Of a stretch of DNA of 64,000 bases, positions 19,601 through 36,900 are shown one piece after another (position 1 is the first letter of the stretch; each line of letters starts with the position of its first letter). The notes below the pieces were generated by a model that was given only the letters and a program-made list of their open reading frames with translations, searched no databases and was not told where the DNA came from. The position numbers and the translations under genes are program-made. Source of the stretch: Eledone cirrhosa (taxonomy: Eukaryota); contig OZ024755.1 in assembly GCA_964016885.1 (NCBI GenBank), positions 39,370,001 through 39,434,000 on the forward strand. Direction: 5' to 3'.

Positions 19601-22600
19601 ACCTGACACACTAACGACACTACCTGACACACTAACAACACTACCTGACACACTAACAACACTACCTGACACACTAACAACACTGCCTGACACACTAACA
19701 ACACTACCTGACACACTAACAACACTGCCTGACACACTAACAACACTGCCTGACACACTAACAACACTACCTGACACACTAACAACATTACCTGACACAC
19801 TAACAACACTACCTGACACACTAACAACACTGCCTGACACACTAACAACACTACCTGACACACTAACAACACTACCTGACACACTAACAACACTACCTGA
19901 CACACTAACAACACTACCTGACACACTAACAACACTGCCTGACACACTAACAACACTACCTGACACACTAACAACACTGCCTGACACACTAACAACACTG
20001 CCTGACACACTAACAACACTACCTGACACACTAACAACATTACCTGACACACTAACAACACTACCTGACACACTAACAACACTGCCTGACACACTAACAA
20101 CACTACCTGACACACTAACAACACTACCTGACACACTAACAACACTACCTGACACACTAACAACACTACCTGACACACTAACAACACTACCTGACACACT
20201 AACAACACTAGCTATCACACTAACAACACTACCTGACACACTAACAACACTACCTGACACACTAACAACACTACCTGACACACTAACAACACTACCTGAC
20301 ACACTAACAACACTACCTGACACACTAACAACACTACCTGACACACTAACAACACTAGCTATCACACTAACAACACTACCTGACACACTAACAACACTAC
20401 CTGACACACTAACAACACTACCTGACACACTAACAACACTACCTGACACACTAACAACACTACCTGACACACTAACAACACTAGCTATCACACTAACAAC
20501 ACTACCTGACACACTAACAACACTACCTGACACACTAACAACACTAGCTATCACACTAACAACACTACCTGACACACTAACAACACTACCTGCCACACTA
20601 ACAACACTACCTGACACACTAACAACACTACCTGACACACTAACAACACTACCTGACACACTAACAACACTACCTGACACTCTAACAACACTACCTGACA
20701 CACTAACAACACTACCTGTCATACTAACAACACTACCTGACACACTAACAACACTACCTGACACACTAACAACACTAGCTATCATACTAACAACACTACC
20801 TGACACACTAACAACACTACCTGACACACTAACAACACTACCTGACACACTAACAACACTACCTGACACACTAACAACACTACCTGACACACTAACAACA
20901 CTACCTGACACACTAACAACACTACCTGACACTCTAACAACACTACCTGACACACTAACAACACTACCTGACACACTAACAACACTACCTGACACACTAA
21001 CAACACACCTGACACACTAACAACACTACCTGACACACTAACAACACTACCTGACACACTAACAACACTGCCTGACACATTAACAACACACCTGACACAC
21101 TAACAACACTACCTGACACACTAACAACACTACCTGACACACTAACAACACTACCTGACACACTAACAACACTGCCTGACACACTAACAACACACCTGAC
21201 ACACTAACAACACTACCTGACACACTAACAACACTACCTGACACACTAACAACACTACCTGACACACTAACAACACACCTGACACACTAACAACACACCT
21301 GACACACTAACAACACTACCTGACACACTAACAACACTACCTGACACACTAACAACACTACCTGACACACTAACAACATTACCTGACACACTAACAACAC
21401 TACCTGACACACTATCAACACTACCTGACACACTAACAACACTACATGACACACTAACAACACTACCTGACACACTAACAACACTGCCTGACACACTAAC
21501 AACACTGCCTGACACACTAACAGCACTACCTGACACACTAACAACACTGCCTGACACACTAACAACACTACCTGACACACTAACAACAGTGCTTGACACA
21601 CTAACAACACTACCTGACACACTAACAACACTACCTGATACACTAACAAAACTACCTGACACACTAACAACACTACCTGACACACTAACAACACTACCTG
21701 ACACACTAACAACACTGCCTGACACACTAACAACACTACCTGACACACTAACAACACTGCCTGACACACTAACAACACTACCTGACACACTAGCAACACT
21801 ATCTGACACACTAACAACACTACCTGACACACTAACAACACTACCTGACACACTAACAACACTGCCTGACACACTATCAACACTACCTGACACACTAGCA
21901 ACACTACCTGACACACTAACAACACTACCTGACATACTAACAACACTACCTGACACACTAACAACACTGCCTGACACACTAACAACACTGCCTGACAAAC
22001 TAACAACACTACCTGACACACTAACAACACTACCTGACACACTAACAACATTACCTGACACACTAACAACACTACCTGACACACTATCAACACTACCTGA
22101 CACACTAACAACACTAACTGACACACTAACAACACTACCTGACACACTAACAACACTGCCTGACACACTAACAACACTGCCTGACACACTAACAACACTA
22201 CCTGACACACTAACAACACTGCCTGACACACTAACAACACTACCTGACACACTAACAACACTGCCTGACACACTAACAACACTACCTGACACACTAACAA
22301 CACTACCTGACACACTAACAACACTACCTGACACACTAACAACACTACCTGACACACTAACAACACTGCCTAACACACTAACAACACTACCTGACACACT
22401 AACAACACTACCTGACACACTAACGACACTGCCTGACACACTAACAACACTACCTGACACACTAACAACACTACCTACCACACTAACAACACTACCTGAC
22501 ACACTAACAACACTACCTGACTCACTAACAACACTACCTGACACACTAACAACACTACCTACCACACTAACAACACTACCTGACACACTAACAACACTGA

Positions 22601-23500
22601 CTGACACACTAACAACACTACCTGACACACTAACAACACTGCCTGACACACTAACAACACTACCTGACACACTAACAACACTGCCTAACACACTAACAAC
22701 ACTACCTGACACACTAACAACACTACCTGACACACTAACAACACTACCTGACACACTAACAACACTACCTGACACACTAACAACACTGCCTGACACACTA
22801 ACAACACTACCTGACACACTAACAACACTATCTGACACACTAACAACACTACCTGACACACTAACAACACTACCTGACACACTAACAACACTGCCTGACA
22901 CACTAACAACACTACATGACACACTAGCAACACTACCTGACACACTAACAACACTGCCTGACACACTAACAACACTACCTGACACACTAGCAACACTACC
23001 TGACACACTAACAACACTACCTGACACACTAACAACACTGCCTGACACACTAACAACACTGCCTGACACACTAACAACACTGCCTGACACACTAACAACA
23101 CTACCTGACAGACTAACAACACTACCTGACACACTAACAACACTACCTGACACACTAACGACACTACCTGACACACTAACAACACTACCTGACACACTAA
23201 CAACACTACCTGACACACTAACAACACTGCCTGACACACTAACAACACTACCTGACACACTAACAACACTGCCTGACACACTAACAACACTGCCTGACAC
23301 ACTAACAACACTACCTGACACACTAACAACATTACCTGACACACTAGCAACACTACCTGACACACTAACAACACTGCCTGACACACTAACAACACTACCT
23401 GACACACTAACAACACTGCCTGACACACTAACAACACTACCTGACACACTAACAACATTACCTGACACACTAACAACACTACCTGACACACTAACAACAC
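13400..23500. repeat. Higher-order repeat within the satellite, about 3 x 3.4-3.5 kb (boundaries approximate)
   Basis: The rare GTGCTTGAC unit occurs at 14627, 18045 and 21589. Identical ORFs sit at 14325/17743/21287, with offsets 3418 (163x21-5) and 3544 (169x21-5). Each copy carries the same cluster of five 20-bp units. Confidence 0.92.
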
Positions 23501-23899
23501 TGCCTGACACACTAACAACACTACCTGACACACTAGCAACACTACCTGACACACTAACAACACTACCTGACACACTAACAACACTGCCTGACACACTAAC
23601 AACACTGCCTGACACACTAACAATACTGCCTGACACACTAACAACACTGCCTGACACACTAACAACACTACCTGACACACTAACAACACTACCTGACACA
23701 CTAACAACACTACCTGACACACTAGCAACACTACCTGACACACTAACAACACTACCTGACACACTAACAACACTGCCTGACACACTAACAACACTGCCTG
23801 ACACACTAACAACATTACCTGACACACTAGCAACACTACCTGACACACTAACAACACTACCTGACACACTAACAACACTACCTGACACTCTAACAACAC

Positions 23900-26800
23900 T
23901 GCCTGACACACTAACAACACTGCCTGATACACTAACAACACTGCCTGACACACTAACAACACTACCTGACACACTAACAACACTGCCTGACACACTAACA
24001 ACACTGCCTGACACACTAACAACACTGCCTGACACACTAACAACACTGCCTGACACACTAACAACACTACCTGACACACTAACAACTCTACCTGACACAC
24101 TAACAACACTACCTGACACACTAACAACACTGCCTGACACACTAACAACACTACCTGACACACTAACAACACTGCCTGACACACTAACAACACTACCTGC
24201 CACACTAACAACACTGCCTGACACACTAACAACACTGCCTGACACACTAACAACACTACCTGACACACTAACAACACTGCCTGACACACTAACAACACTG
24301 CCTGACACACTAACAACACTACCTGACACACTAACAACACTGCCTGACACACTAACAACGCTACCTGACACACTAACAACACTAGCTGACACACTAACAA
24401 CACTGCCTGACACACTAACAACACTGCCTGACACACTAACAACACTGCCTGACACACTAACAACACTACCTGACACACTAACAACACTACCTGACACACT
24501 AACAACACTACCTGACACACTAACAACACTGCCTGACACACTAACAACACTACCTGACACACTAACAACACTACCTGACACACTAACAACACTACCTGAC
24601 ACACTAACAACACTGCCTGACACACTAACAACACTGCCTGACACACTAACAACACTACCTGACACACTAACAACACACCTGACACACTAACAACACTGCC
24701 TGACACACTAACAACACTGCCTGACACACTAACAACACTGCCCGACACACTAACAACACTGCCTGACACACTAACAACACTACCTGACACACTAACAACA
24801 CTACCTGACACACTAACAACACTACCTGACACACTAACAACACTACCTGACACACTAACAACACTGCCTGACACACTAACAACACTACCTGACACACTAA
24901 CAACACTACCTGCCACACTAACAACACTACCTGACACACTAACAACACTACCTGACACACTAACAACACTACCTGACACACTAACAGCATTACCTGACAC
25001 ACTAACAACACTACCTGACACACTAACAACACTACCTGACACACTAACAACACTACCTGACACACTAACAACACTGCCTGACACACTAACAACACTACCT
25101 GACACACTAACAACACTACCTGCCACACTAACAACACTACCTGACACACTAACAACACTACCTGACACACTAACAACACTACCTGACACACTAACAACAC
25201 TACCTGACACACTAACAACACTACCTGACACACTAACAACACTGCCTGACACACTAACAACACTACCTGACACACTAACAACACTACCTGCCACACTAAC
25301 AACACTACCTGACACACTAACAACACTACCTGTCACACTAACAACACTACCTGACACACTAACAACACTACCTGACACACTAACAGCATTACCTGACACA
25401 CTAACAACACTACCTGCCACACTAACAACACTACCTGACAGACTAACAACACTACTTGCCACACTAACAACACTACCTGACACACTAACAGCATTACCTG
25501 ACACACTAACAACACTACCTGACACACTAACAACACTACCTGCCACACTAACAACACTACCTGACACACTAACAACACTACCTGACACACTAACAACACT
25601 ACCTGACACACTAACAACACTACCTGACACACTAACAACACTACCTGCCACACTAACAACACTACCTGACACACTAACAACACTACCTGACACACTAACA
25701 ACACTACCTGACACACTAACAGCACTACCTGACACACTAACAACACTACCTGACACACTAACAACACTACCTGCCACATTAACAACACTACCTGACACAC
25801 TAACAACACTGCCTGACACACTAACAACACTACCTGACACACTAACAACACTGCCTGACACACTAACAACAATACCTGACACACTAACAACACTACCTGA
25901 CACACTAACAACACTACCTGACACACTAACAACACTGCCTGACACACTAACAACACTACCTGACACACTAACAACACTGCCTGACACACTAACAACACTA
26001 CCTGACACACTAGCAACACTACCTGACACACTAACAACACTACCTGACACACTAACAACACTGCCTGACACACTAACAACACTGCCTGACACACTAACAA
26101 CACTACCTGACACACTAGCAACACTACCTGACACACTAACAACACTACCTGACACACTAACAACACTGCCTGACACACTAACAACACTGCCTGACACACT
26201 AACAACACTGCCTGACACACTAACAACACTGCCTGACACACTAACAACACTACCTGACACACTAACAACACTGCCTGACACACTAACAACACTGCCTGAC
26301 ACACTAACAACACTGCCTGACACACTAACAACACTGCCTGACACACTAACAACACTACCTGACACACTAACAACTCTACCTGACACACTAACAACACTAC
26401 CTGACACACTAACAACACTGCCTGACACACTAACAACACTACCTGACACACTAACAACACTGCCTGACACACTAACAACACTACCTGCCACACTAACAAC
26501 ACTGCCTGACACACTAACAACACTGCCTGACACACTAACAACACTACCTGACACACTAACAACACTGCCTGACACACTAACAACACTGCCTGACACACTA
26601 ACAACACTACCTGACACACTAACAACACTGCCTGACACACTAACAACACTACCTGACACACTAACAACACTGCCTGACACACTAACAACACTACCTGACA
26701 CACTAACAACACTAGCTGACACACTAACAACACTGCCTGACACACTAACAACACTGCCTGACACACTAACAACACTGCCTGACACACTAACAACACTACC

Positions 26801-27950
26801 TGACACACTAACAACACTACCTGACACACTAACAACACTACCTGACACACTAACAACACTGCCTGACACACTAACAACACTACCTGACACACTAACAGCA
26901 CTACCTGACACACTAACAACACTACCTGACACACTAACAACACTGCCTGACACACTAACAACACTGCCTGACACACTAACAACACTACCTGACACACTAA
27001 CAACACACCTGACACACTAACAACACTGCCTGACACACTAACAACACTGCCTGACACACTAACAACACTGCCTGACACACTAACAACACTGCCTGACACA
27101 CTAACAACACTACCTGACACACTAACAACACTACCTGACACACTAACAACACTACCTGACACACTAACAACACTACCTGACACACTAACAACACTGCCTG
27201 ACACACTAACAACACTACCTGACACACTAACAACACTACCTGCCACACTAACAACACTACCTGACACACTAACAACACTACCTGACACACTAACAACACT
27301 ACCTGACACACTAACAGCATTACCTGACACACTAACAACACTACCTGACACACTAACAACACTACCTGACACACTAACAACACTACCTGACACACTAACA
27401 ACACTGCCTGACACACTAACAACACTACCTGACACACTAACAACACTACCTGCCACACTAACAACACTACCTGACACACTAACAACACTACCTGTCACAC
27501 TAACAACACTACCTGACACACTAACAACACTACCTGACACACTAACAGCATTACCTGACACACTAACAACACTACCTGCCACACTAACAACACTACCTGA
27601 CAGACTAACAACACTACTTGCCACACTAACAACACTACCTGACACACTAACAGCATTACCTGACACACTAACAACACTACCTGACACACTAACAACACTA
27701 CCTGCCACACTAACAACACTACCTGACACACTAACAACACTACCTGACACACTAACAACACTACCTGACACACTAACAACACTACCTGACACACTAACAA
27801 CACTACCTGCCACACTAACAACACTACCTGACACACTAACAACACTACCTGACACACTAACAACACTACCTGACACACTAACAACACTACCTGACACACT
27901 AACAACACTACCTGACACACTAACAACACTACCTGCCACATTAACAACAC
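23900..27950. repeat. Higher-order duplication within the satellite, ~2.2-2.3 kb period (boundaries approximate)
   Basis: 20-bp units near 24677 and 27007 (offset 2330 = 111x21-1). Shared rare variants: GCTGAC (~24385/26715) and GACAGA...CTTGCC (~25440/27600). Confidence 0.85.
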
Positions 27951-30900
27951 TACCTGACACACTAACAACACTGCCTGACACACTAACAACACTACCTGAC
28001 ACACTAACAACACTACCTGCCACATTAACAACACTACCTGACACACTAACAACACTACCTGACACACTAACAACACTGCCTGACACACTAACAACACTAC
28101 CTGACACACTAACAACACTACCTGCCACACTAACAACACTACCTGCCACACTAACAAAACTACCTGACACACTAACAACACTACCTGACACACTAACAAC
28201 ACTACCTGACACACTAACAACACTACCTGACACACTAACAACACTACCTGACACACTAACAACACTACCTGACACGCTAACAACACTACCTGACACACTA
28301 ACAACATTACCTGACACACTAACAACACTGCCTGACACACTAACAACACTACCTGACACACTAACAACAATACCTGACACACTAACAACACTACCTGACA
28401 CACTAACAACACTGCCTGACACACTAACAACACTAACAACACTACCTGACACACTAACAACACTGCCTGACACACTAACAACACTAACAACACTACCTGA
28501 CACACTAACAACACTACCTGACACACTAACAACACTACCTAACACACTAACAGCATTACCTGACACACTAACAACACTGCCTGCCACACTAACAACACTA
28601 CCTGACACACTAACAACACTACCTGACACACTAACAACACTACCTGACACACTAACAACACTACCTGACACACTAACAACACTACCTGACACACTAACAA
28701 CACTACCTGACACACTAACAACACTACCTGACACACTAACAACACTACCTGCCACATTAACAACACTACCTGACACACTAACAACACTGCCTGACACACT
28801 AACAACACTACCTGACACACTAACAACACTACCTGCCACATTAACAACACTACCTGACACACTAACAACACTAGCTGACACACTAACAACACTGCCTGAC
28901 ACACTAACAACACTACCTGACACACTAACAACACTACCTGCCACACTAACAACACTACCTGACACACTAACAACACTACCTGACACACTAACAACACTAC
29001 CTGACACACTAACAACACTACCTGACACACTAACAACACTACCTGACACACTAACAACACTACCTGACACACTAACAACACTGCCTGACACACTAACAAC
29101 ACTACCTGACACACTAACAACAATACCTGACACACTAACAACACTACCTGACACACTAACAACACTACCTGACACACTAACAACACTGCCTGACACACTA
29201 ACAACACTAACAACACTACCTGACACACTAACAACACTGCCTGACACACTAACAACACTAACAACACTACCTGACACACTAACAACACTACCCGACACAC
29301 TAACAACACTACCTGACACACTAACAACACTACCTGACACACTAACAACACTACCTGACACACTAACAACACTACCTGACACACTAACAACACTACCTGA
29401 CACACTAACAACACTACCTGACACACTAACAACACTAGCTATCACACTAACAACACTACCTGACACACTAACAACACTACCTAACACACTAACAACACTA
29501 CCTGACACACTAACAACAATAGCTATCACACTAACAACACTACCTGACACACTAACAACACTACCTGACACACTAACAACACTACCTGACACACTAACAA
29601 CACTACCTGACACACTAACAACACTACCTGACACACTAACAACACTAGCTATCACACTAACAACACTACCTGACACACTAACAACACTACCTGACACACT
29701 AACAACACTACCTGACACACTAACAACACTACCTGACACACTAACAACACTACCTGACACACTAACAACACTGCCTGACACACTAACAACACTAACAACA
29801 CTACCTGACACACTAACAACACTGCCTGACACACTAACAACACTAACAACACTACCTGACACACTAACAACACTACCTGACACACTAACAACACTACCTG
29901 ACACACTAACAACACTACCTGACACACTAACAACACTACCTGACACACTAACAACACTACCTGACACACTAACAACACTAGCTATCACACTAACAACACT
30001 ACCTGACACACTAACAACACTACCTGACACACTAACAACACTACCTGACACACTAACAACACTACCTGACACACTAACAACACTACCTGACACACTAACA
30101 ACACTACCTGACACACTAACAACACTAGCTATCACACTAACAACACTACATGACACACTAACAACACTACCTGCCACACTAACAACACTACCTGACACAC
30201 TAACAACACTAGCTATCACACTAACAACACTACCTGACACACTAACAACACTACCTGCCACACTAACAACACTACCTGACACACTAACAACACTACCTGA
30301 CACACTAACAACACTAGCTATCACACTAACAACACTACCTGACACACTAACAACACTACCTGACACACTAACAACACTACCTGACACACTAACAACACTA
30401 CCTGACACACTAACAACACTACCTGACACACTAACAACACTAGCTATCACACTAACAACACTACCTGACACACTAACAACACTACCTGACACACTAACAA
30501 CACTACCTGACACACTAACAACACTACCTGACACACTAACAACACTACCTGACACACTAACAACACTGCCTGACACACTAACAACACTACCTGACACACT
30601 AACAACACTACCTGACACACTAACAACACTGCCTGACACACTAACAACACTACCTGACACACTAACAACACTACCTGACACACTAACAACACTACCTGAC
30701 ACACTAACAACACTACCTGACACACTAACAACACTGCCTGACACACTAACAACACTACCTGACACACTAACAACACTACCTGACACACTAACAACACTGC
30801 CTGACACACTAACAACACTACCTGACACACTAACAACACTACCTGACACACTAACAACACTACCTGACACACTAACAACACTACCTGACACACTAACAAC

Positions 30901-33900
30901 ACTACCTGACACACTAACAACACTACCTGACACACTAACAACACTGCCTGACACACTAACAACACTACCTGACACACTAACAACACTACCTGACACACTA
31001 ACAACACTACCTGCCACACTAACAACACTACCTGACACACTAACAACACTACCTGACACACTAACAACACTGCCTGACACACTAACAACACTACCTGACA
31101 CACTAACAACACTACCTGACACACTAACAACACTGCCTGACACACTAACAACACTACCTGACACACTAACAACACTACCTGACACACTAACAACACTACC
31201 TGACACACTAACAACACTACCTGACACACTAACAACACTACCTGACACACTAACAACACTGCCTGACACACTAACAACACTACCTGACACACTAACAACA
31301 CTGCCTGACACACTAACAACACTACCTGACACACTAACAACACTACCTGACACACTAACAACACTACCTGACACACTAACAACACTACCTGACACACTAA
31401 CAACACTACCTGACACACTAACAACACTGCCTGACACACTAACAACACTACCTGACACACTAACAACACTACCTGACACACTAACAACACTGCCTGACAC
31501 ACTAACAACACTACCTGACACACTAACAACACTACCTGACACACTAACAACACTACCTGACACACTAACAACACTGCCTGACACACTAACAACACTACCT
31601 GACACACTAACAACACTACCTGACACACTAACAACACTGCCTGACACACTAACAACACTACCTGACACACTAACATCACTACCTGACACACTAACAACAA
31701 TACCTGACACACTAACAACACTACCTGACACACTAACAACACTACCTGACACACTAACAACACTGCCTGACACACTAACAACACTACCTGACACACTAAC
31801 AACACTACCTGACACACTAACAACACTGCCTGACACACTAACAACACTACCTGACACACTAACATCACTACCTGACACACTAACAACAATACCTGACACA
31901 CTAACAACACTACCTGACACACTAACAACACTGCCTGACACACTAACAACACTACCTGACACACTAACATCACTACCTGACACACTAACAACAATACCTG
32001 ACACACTAACAACACTACCTGACACACTAACAACACTACCTGACACACTAACAACACTACCTGACACACTAACAACACTACCTGACACACTAACAACACT
32101 GCCTGACACACTAACAACACTACCTGACACACTAACAACACTACCTGACACACTAACAACACTGTCTGACACACTAACAACACTACCTGACACACTAACA
32201 TCACTACCTGACACACTAACAACACTACCTGACACACTAACAACACTACCTGACACACTAACAACACTACCTGACACACTAACAACACTGCCTGACACAC
32301 TAACAACACTACCTGACACACTAACAACACTACCTGACACACTAACAACACTACCTGACACACTAACAACATTACCTGACACACTAACAACCCTACCTGA
32401 CACACTAACAACACTACCTGACACACTAACAACACTGCCTGACACACTAACAACACTACCTGACACACTAACAACACTGCCTGACACACTAACAACACTA
32501 CCTGACACACTAACAACACTACCTGCCACACTAACAACACTAGCTATCACACTAACAACACTACCTGACACACTAACATCACTACCTGACACACTAACAA
32601 CACTACCTGACACACTAACAACACTACCTGACACACTAACAACACTACCTGACACACTAACAACACTACCTGACACACTAACAACACTAGCTATCACACT
32701 AACAACACTACCTGACACACTAACAACACACCTGACACACTAACAACACTACCTGACACACTAACATCACTACCTGACACACTAACAACACTACCTGACA
32801 CACTAACAACACTACCTGACACACTAACAACACTACCTGACACACTAACAACACTAGCTATCACACTAACAACACTACCTGACACACTAACAACACACCT
32901 GACACACTAACAACACTACCTGACACACTAACATCACTACCTGACACACTAACAACACTACCTGACACACTAACAACACTACCTGACACACTAACAACAC
33001 TACCTGACACACTAACAACACTACCTGACACACTAACAACACTAGCTATCACACTAACAACACTACCTGACACACTAACAACACACCTGACACACTAACA
33101 ACACTACCTGACACACTAACAACACTACCTGACACACTAACAACACTACCTGACACACTAACAACACTACCTGACACACTAACAACACTAGCTATCACAC
33201 TAACAACACTACCTGACACACTAACAACACACCTGACACACTAACAACACTACCTGACACACTAACATCACTACCTGACACACTAACAACACTACCTGAC
33301 ACACTAACAACACTACCTGACACACTAACAACACTACCTGACACACTAACAACACTACCTGACACACTAACATCACTACCTGACACACTAACAACAATAC
33401 CTGACACACTAACAACACTACCTGACACACTAACAACACTACCTGACACACTAACAACACTGCCTGACACACTAACAACACTACCTGACACACTAACAAC
33501 ACTACCTGACACACTAACAACACTGCCTGACACACTAACAACACTACCTGACACACTAACATCACTACCTGACACACTAACAACAATACCTGACACACTA
33601 ACAACACTACCTGACACACTAACAACACTGCCTGACACACTAACAACACTACCTGACACACTAACATCACTACCTGACACACTAACAACAATACCTGACA
33701 CACTAACAACACTACCTGACACACTAACAACACTACCTGACACACTAACAACACTACCTGACACACTAACAACACGACCTGACACACTAACAACACTACC
33801 TGACACACTAACAACACTGCCTGACACACTAACAACACTACCTGACACACTAACAACACTACCTGACACACTAACAACACTGCCTGACACACTAACAACA

Positions 33901-36900
33901 CTACCTGACACACTAACATCACTACCTGACACACTAACAACACTACCTGACACACTAACAACACTACCTGACACACTAACAACACTACCTGACACACTAA
34001 CAACACTGCCTGACACACTAACAACACTACCTGACACACTAACAACACTACCTGACACACTAACAACACTACCTGACACACTAACAACATTACCTGACAC
34101 ACTAACAACCCTACCTGACACACTAACAACACTACCTGACACACTAACAACACTGCCTGACACACTAACAACACTACCTGACACACTAACAACACTGCCT
34201 GACACACTAACAACACTACCTGACACACTAACAACACTACCTGCCACACTAACAACACTAGCTATCACACTAACAACACTACCTGACACACTAACATCAC
34301 TACCTGACACACTAACAACACTACCTGACACACTAACAACACTACCTGACACACTAACAACACTACCTGACACACTAACAACACTACCTGACACACTAAC
34401 AACACTAGCTATCACACTAACAACACTACCTGACACACTAACAACACACCTGCCACACTAACAACACTACCTGACACACTAACAACACTACCTGACACAC
34501 TAACAACACTACCTGACACACTAACAACACTACCTGACACACTAACAACACTACCAATCACACTAACAACACTACCTGACACACTAACAACACTACCTGA
34601 CACACTAACAACACTACCAATCACACTAACAACACTGCCTGCCACACTAACAACACTACCAATCACACTAACAACACTACCTGACACACTAACAACACTA
34701 CCTGACACACTAACAACACTACCTGACACACTAACAACACTACCAATCACACTAACAACACTGCCTGCCACACTAGCAACACTACCTGTCACACTAACAA
34801 CACTACCTGTCACACTAACAACACTACCTGACACACTAACAACACGACCTGACACACTAACAACACTACCTGACACACTAACAACACTACCTGACACACT
34901 AACAACACTACCAATCACACTAACAACACTGCCTGCCACACTAGCAACACTACCTGTCACACTAACAACACTACCTGTCACACTAACAGCACTACCTGAC
35001 ACACTAACAACACTACCTGACACACTAACAACACTACCTGACACACTAACAACACTACCTGACACACTAACAACACGATCTGACACACTAACAACACTAC
35101 CTGCCACACTAGCAACACTACCTGACACACTAACAACACTACCTGACACACTAACAACACTACCTGACACACTAACAACACTACCTGACACACTAACAAC
35201 ACTACCTGACACACTAACAACACTACCAATCACACTAACAACACTGCCTGCCACACTAGCAACACAACCTGCCACACTAACAACACTACCTGACACACTA
35301 ACAACACTGCCTGCCACATTAGCAACACTACCTGACACACTAACAACACTACCTGACACACTAACAACACTACCAATCACACTAACAACACTGCCTGCCA
35401 CACTAGCAACACTACCTGACACACTAACAACACTACCTGACACACTAACAACACTAGCTATCACACTAACAACACTACCTGACACACTAACAACTCTACC
35501 TGACACACTAACAACACTACCTGACACACTAACAACACTACCTGACACACTAACAACACTACCTGACACACTAACAACACTAGCTATCACACTAACAACA
35601 CTACCTGACACACTAACAACACTACCTGACACACTAACAACACTACCTGACACACTAACAGCACTACCTGACACACTAACAACACTACCTGACACACTAA
35701 CAACACTACCTGACACACTAACAACACTAGCTATCACACTAACAACACTACCTGACACACTAACCACACTACCTGACACACTAACAACACTACCTGACAC
35801 ACTAACAACACTGCCTGACACACTAACAACACTACCTGACACACTAACAACACTACCTGACACACTAACAACACTGCCTGACACACTAACAACACTACCT
35901 GACACACTAACAACACTACCTGACACACTAACAACACTGCCTGACACACTAACAACACTACCTGACACACTAACATCACTACCTGACACACTAACAACAA
36001 TACCTGACACACTAACAACACTACCTGACACACTAACAACACTGCCTGACACACTAACAACACTACCTGACACACTAACAACACTACCTGACACACTAAC
36101 AACATTACCTGACACACTAACAACCCTACCTGACACACTAACAACACTACCTGACACACTAACAACACTGCCTGACACACTAACAACACTACCTGACACA
36201 CTAACAACATTACCTGACACACTAACAACCCTACCTGACACACTAACAACACTACCTGACACACTAACAACACTACCTGACACACTAACAACACTACCTG
36301 ACACACTAACAACACTACCTGACACACTAACAACACTACCTGACACACTAACAACACTACCTGACACACTAACAACCCTACCTGACACACTAACAACACT
36401 ACCTGACACACTAACAACACTACCTGACACACTAGCAACACTACATGACACACTAACAACACTGCCTGACACACTAACAACACTTCCTGACACACTAACA
36501 ACACTACCTGACACACTAACAACACTGCCTGACACACTAACAACACTACCTGACACACTAACAACACTACCTGACACACTAACAACACTACCTGACACAC
36601 TAACAACCCTACCTGACACACTAACAACCCTACCTGACACACTAACAACACTGCCTGACACACTAACAACACTGCCTGACACACTAACAACATTACCTGA
36701 CACACTAACAACCCTACCTGACACACTAACAACACTACCTGACACACTAACATCACTACCTGACACACTAACAACACTACCTGACACACTAACAACACTA
36801 CCTGACACACTAACAACACTACCTGACACACTAACAACACTACCTGACACACTAACAACACTAGCTATCACACTAACAACACTACCTGACACACTAACAA

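Noticed and set aside
14627-24690. + strand (LPDTLTT)n ORFs as mucin genes
   Set aside because: They start at a variant GTG inside the repeat and end at frameshifts. Not listed as CDS; kept only as a low-scoring hypothesis.
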